DNA from: Nitrososphaeraceae archaeon | GTDB taxonomy: Archaea > Thermoproteota > Nitrososphaeria > Nitrososphaerales > Nitrososphaeraceae | Length of the DNA stretch: 11,358 nt | Reading direction: 5' to 3' | Assembly: GCA_035297365.1 (NCBI GenBank) | Contig: DATGZA010000095.1 | Coordinates: forward strand, 1 to 11,358 | In this document: one piece after another, positions 8,645 to 11,358 of the stretch | Layout: every line of letters begins with the position of its first letter | Position numbering within the stretch: position 1 is the first letter of the stretch | Made by a program: the position numbers and the translations under genes | The notes under the pieces: generated by a model | What the model saw: the letters and a program-made list of their open reading frames with translations, nothing else | What the model was told of the DNA's origin: nothing | Databases searched by the model: none

Positions 8645-8780
8645 AAGTTTGCTGGTAGTCCCAATTAATTATTCTGGGATTGTAATTGTTCGTATTATTT
8701 TTATAATTTTAATATATAATTTTGTAGTGGGCCAACATTTCAGTGGAGCGGTTGAAAAAGCGATTTTTGCTAGCAAATTT
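8645..8780 (+). ncRNA. Candidate structured RNA (four-way junction), family unknown
   Basis: By-eye folding: P1 8645-8656/8769-8780 (12 bp), P2 8657-8663/8675-8681, P3 8684-8691/8746-8753, P4 8755-8759/8764-8768 closed by a GCGA tetraloop. No covariation or expression evidence. Confidence 0.3.
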
Positions 8781-9213
8781 CATCTTATAAAGAATAGACA
8801 TGATTTTTAATTTGCAATTATCTTTACCGAATGATTTTAGTTCCTTTTTATCTCATAATATAATCGTTTATCTTAACTCATCGACGAAATTGGGAAAAAG
8901 TCTTATCGTTAGAGGGGGAGTACATAACAACCGTTATTTGTATATGAGATTATTTATCATTCTGGGACATATAGTCTAATAATATTTTAGAAATATTGCA
9001 TTTAGTATTATGCCACAAATTTTACTTGTTTTTTGTTATCTAAGATTTCTATTTGTTATAACTGTTCGACTTTTTTTATCCTTCAACTTAAAATTTCATT
9101 TTATCAACTATCATTCATTACCGAGTCAGTAATAATATAACAATACTCTCTAATTATAATCAATTATCGATTAAATGCTAAAAAATTAAAAATATTTATT
9201 TTGAAAGGTAACG

Positions 9214-9225
9214 TTTTTATTTATA
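9214..9225 (+). promoter_or_regulatory. TATA-box region of mgtC
   Basis: TTTTTATTTATA preceded by GAAAGGTAACG and ending 28 nt before TTG 9254. The identical 12-mer occurs upstream of the usp gene. Confidence 0.55.
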
Positions 9226-9253
9226 CAAAAATTCATCTATTTGCTATCAAGAA

Positions 9254-9697
9254 TTGTTAGAGGGTATAATAAAAGAGAACGAGATTCAATTTTTGATAGG
9301 ACTGGTTTTTTCAATAATTGCCGGTTTTGTTATTGGTGCAGAACGGGAGTCTAGAGGAAAACCTGCTGGAATTAGCACCAATGCGTTAGTTATTTGTGGT
9401 TCAATGATATTTACGAATTTATCTTCTGTAGTTGATCCCCAATCATCTTCGAGAATTGCAGCGCAGATTGTATCCGGTATAGGATTCTTAGGTGCAGGCA
9501 TGATACTAAAAGGCGAAATAGACGGAAAAATCACAAATTTAACTACAGCTGCAAGTATCTGGTTTTCGGCCGCTATTGGAATGGCAATAGGATTTGAATA
9601 CTATATAGTAGCAATTGTTGCAACGGGTTTTGCTGTTTTAATTCCACGTATACCTCATATTTCAAAAATAGGAAAAGAAAGCGATAAAGAAGGTTAG
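9254..9697 (+). CDS. mgtC: MgtC/SapB family membrane protein (short form, no C-terminal soluble domain)
   Basis: IGAERESRGKPAGISTNALV, SRIAAQIVSGIGFLGAGMI and LTTAASIWFSAAIGMAIG are MgtC signature segments. 147 aa, TTG start. Confidence 0.92.
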   Translation: MLEGIIKENEIQFLIGLVFSIIAGFVIGAERESRGKPAGISTNALVICGSMIFTNLSSVVDPQSSSRIAAQIVSGIGFLGAGMILKGEIDGKITNLTTAASIWFSAAIGMAIGFEYYIVAIVATGFAVLIPRIPHISKIGKESDKEG

Positions 9698-10386
9698 AAT
9701 TAAAATAAATACAAGATAAAATATCTTTGGTAAAAATTAAGGTGTGTACATTTATTAGAATTATTCTTTACTAGTTGCTTACCTAAAAAACTAAAATAAT
9801 ATCTACATCGGGAACAGTTCGCTAGCAATTTTATTAGTTATTAGTTATTATTTGATTTCGAGATAAAAAAGGTAAATATCGACCAAAGGTAACATATTTT
9901 TATATTATTAATATGTTATTGTAGAACTGGCATACAAAATATCCTTACGTCATGGTAGCAAATTGTAATGGAAGAGTTATATCGATCTGTGAAATTGACA
10001 TAATATTAAAACAATAAAACAAAGCATTTGTTAATAATTACAATATGAAAAAAAATACCGTAATTAGATTTTTATAGTATCTTGGTCTTTTTAGCGTACC
10101 ATACAACAGAATTCACATGGAAAAGGAATCTATCCCTGAATATTACCGAATCAAAAACCAGATAAAAGTATTAACCAAGATAAGAATCAAGAAAATTGAT
10201 TCAGGTAACTTAGGTTATTCAGAGAAAATTTAATTACAAATATTGTTTTTTTCATAAACAAAAATTGGAATTATACGACCAAGATAAAACTTGATTTAAT
10301 TTGAATTTTTAAGTAGACACCCATTATCTACTAGATTAATTATGTCTGATCTATGTATTTTTATTGAGTATACCCTATACATTACC

Positions 10387-10398
10387 TTTTTATTTATA
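10387..10398 (+). promoter_or_regulatory. TATA-box region of usp
   Basis: TTTTTATTTATA ending 29 nt before ATG 10428. Confidence 0.55.
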
Positions 10399-10427
10399 TG
10401 TTCATGATATATACCTGTTATATAATT

Positions 10428-10901
10428 ATGCTAAAGAAAATTCTACTTCCATATGACGGCTCTGTCATGAGCGAAAAGGCTTTGGATAAAGCCGTGGAAA
10501 TAGCCAAGATGGTCAAAGAGTCGGAAATAATAATTATATATGTTGTTGCAGAAATACCTACTCCAATATTTTCACGAGTAATTAGATCGCCCAAAACAGG
10601 TGAGGTGACTACTTTTTCAGAATATATGTCGGTTCTCTATAAAGAAATGGAATCGGAAATGAGAGAAAAGCTCGAAGATAAAAAAAAGGTATATAGTTCA
10701 GATGACTTTGCTATCGAAATAATAATAACCAGTGGCAGTCCAATTGACAAGATAATAGAATGTGCAATTAATAAAAAAGTGGATCTTATTGTAATTGGTA
10801 GCGTAGGAATTAGCGGAGTTTCAAAATTCTTAAAAGGTCTGGGAAGTGTCTCAAGAAATGTTTCGGAAAAAGCTTCCTGTCCCGTATTGATTGTCAGATG
10901 A
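10428..10901 (+). CDS. Universal stress protein (UspA family)
   Basis: MLKKILLPYDGS...ALDKA...GSPIDKIIECA...VDLIVIGSVG...LGSVSRNVSEKASCPVLIVR. Start moved to ATG 10428 because it gives the canonical N-terminus and because ATG 10398 overlaps the TATA element. Confidence 0.93.
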   Translation: MLKKILLPYDGSVMSEKALDKAVEIAKMVKESEIIIIYVVAEIPTPIFSRVIRSPKTGEVTTFSEYMSVLYKEMESEMREKLEDKKKVYSSDDFAIEIIITSGSPIDKIIECAINKKVDLIVIGSVGISGVSKFLKGLGSVSRNVSEKASCPVLIVR

Positions 10902-11053
10902 TTACTATCAAACAATAAAACAATGTTTTGTAGAGTTTTAATATTTAAAAAATATCGGAAATGCTATTAATTATAGAAATATGAATAGTATCAATACCAT
11001 ATAGCAATATTTCAAATATTAGAAATACTATTAATAATAATGATAGAAACAAC

Positions 11054-11185
11054 ATGAACAATACATGCTGCTACGGTTGCAATACTCCCATTTTCTGGAA
11101 TCCGGTAAAAAGAGAGTATTGGGAAGTACACAAAAACAAAAAACATATTTGTCGATATCTAGAAAAACAGCAAATACAACACTAA
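11054..11185 (+). CDS. Small putative zinc-binding protein (43 aa; C-x3-C...H-x-C), possibly a truncated gene
   Basis: Manual translation: MNNTCCYGCNTPIFWNPVKREYWEVHKNKKHICRYLEKQQIQH*. It has a C-x3-C (or C-x2-C) pair plus H-I-C and an aromatic core. More protein-like than the overlapping listed ORF 11065..11256. Confidence 0.6.
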   Translation: MNNTCCYGCNTPIFWNPVKREYWEVHKNKKHICRYLEKQQIQH

Positions 11186-11261
11186 AAAATCAAGCACGGC
11201 AAAAAGTGCTACTACCACTTATGTTATTGCTGGTACGAGCAATGTCTCTAGAATAATGGTA

Positions 11262-11288
11262 AATTAATTAATTAATTAATTAATTAAT
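11262..11288. repeat. (AATT)6-AAT self-complementary microsatellite
   Basis: 27-bp perfect tandem of AATT read directly from the sequence. Confidence 0.9.
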
Positions 11289-11358
11289 CTAGATCAGTAA
11301 GATGATTTTGATCTTATGCTTGACAATTTAGGTCCGCACCCTCTGTCTATTAGCATGA

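Noticed and set aside
8906-9050. GGGGAGUA (8915-8922) resembling the yybP-ykoY Mn2+ riboswitch 5' motif, and UCGUUAG resembling the M-box start
   Set aside because: The context is attractive, but I could not find the matching 3' AGACC strand, a proper L3 loop, or M-box motifs in the right order. An Infernal scan would settle it.
9711-10290. Recurring (C)AAGATAAAA-like words
   Set aside because: Irregular spacing, short and A-rich; not a CRISPR or iteron array.
9286-10915. Minus-strand ORFs 9286..9534 and 10637..10915
   Set aside because: Antisense shadows of mgtC and usp.
11065-11256. Listed 63-aa ORF
   Set aside because: Overlaps, in another frame, the more convincing Cys/His ORF 11054..11185, and has no motif of its own.
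10331-11292. 12-bp inverted repeat CTAGATTAATTA / TAATTAATCTAG flanking usp
   Set aside because: Low-complexity and AT-rich, with one arm inside the microsatellite and no target duplication or transposase; likely chance.

Overview
AT-rich window that looks archaeal: TATA-type promoters, near-leaderless starts, and IS6, Usp and Zn-finger styles that suggest a soil ammonia-oxidising archaeon (Nitrososphaeraceae, Ca. Nitrosocosmicus-like). The taxonomy is my inference. From left to right: an acyl-CoA carboxylase pair on the minus strand (a biotin carboxylase cut by the window edge and missing from the ORF track, plus a PccB-type carboxyltransferase); an unlisted 51-aa Cys-rich microprotein; a phosphoribosyltransferase; a decayed 721-bp IS6 with perfect 15-bp TIRs and a near-perfect 8-bp target duplication that contains the PRT stop codon; a CBS-pair protein; a putative winged-helix protein; a P2A-type cation ATPase divergent from a short MgtC; a universal stress protein; a second unlisted Zn-finger microprotein; and an (AATT)n tract. 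Best leads: (1) the PRT/CBS/P2A-ATPase/USP set mirrors the gene families of the mycobacterial DosR hypoxia/dormancy regulon; (2) a possible four-way-junction RNA lies between the ATPase and mgtC; (3) the carboxyltransferase has Cys at the substrate-specificity position, so it may be a non-canonical paralogue of the carbon-fixation carboxylase; (4) the two hidden Zn-finger microproteins.
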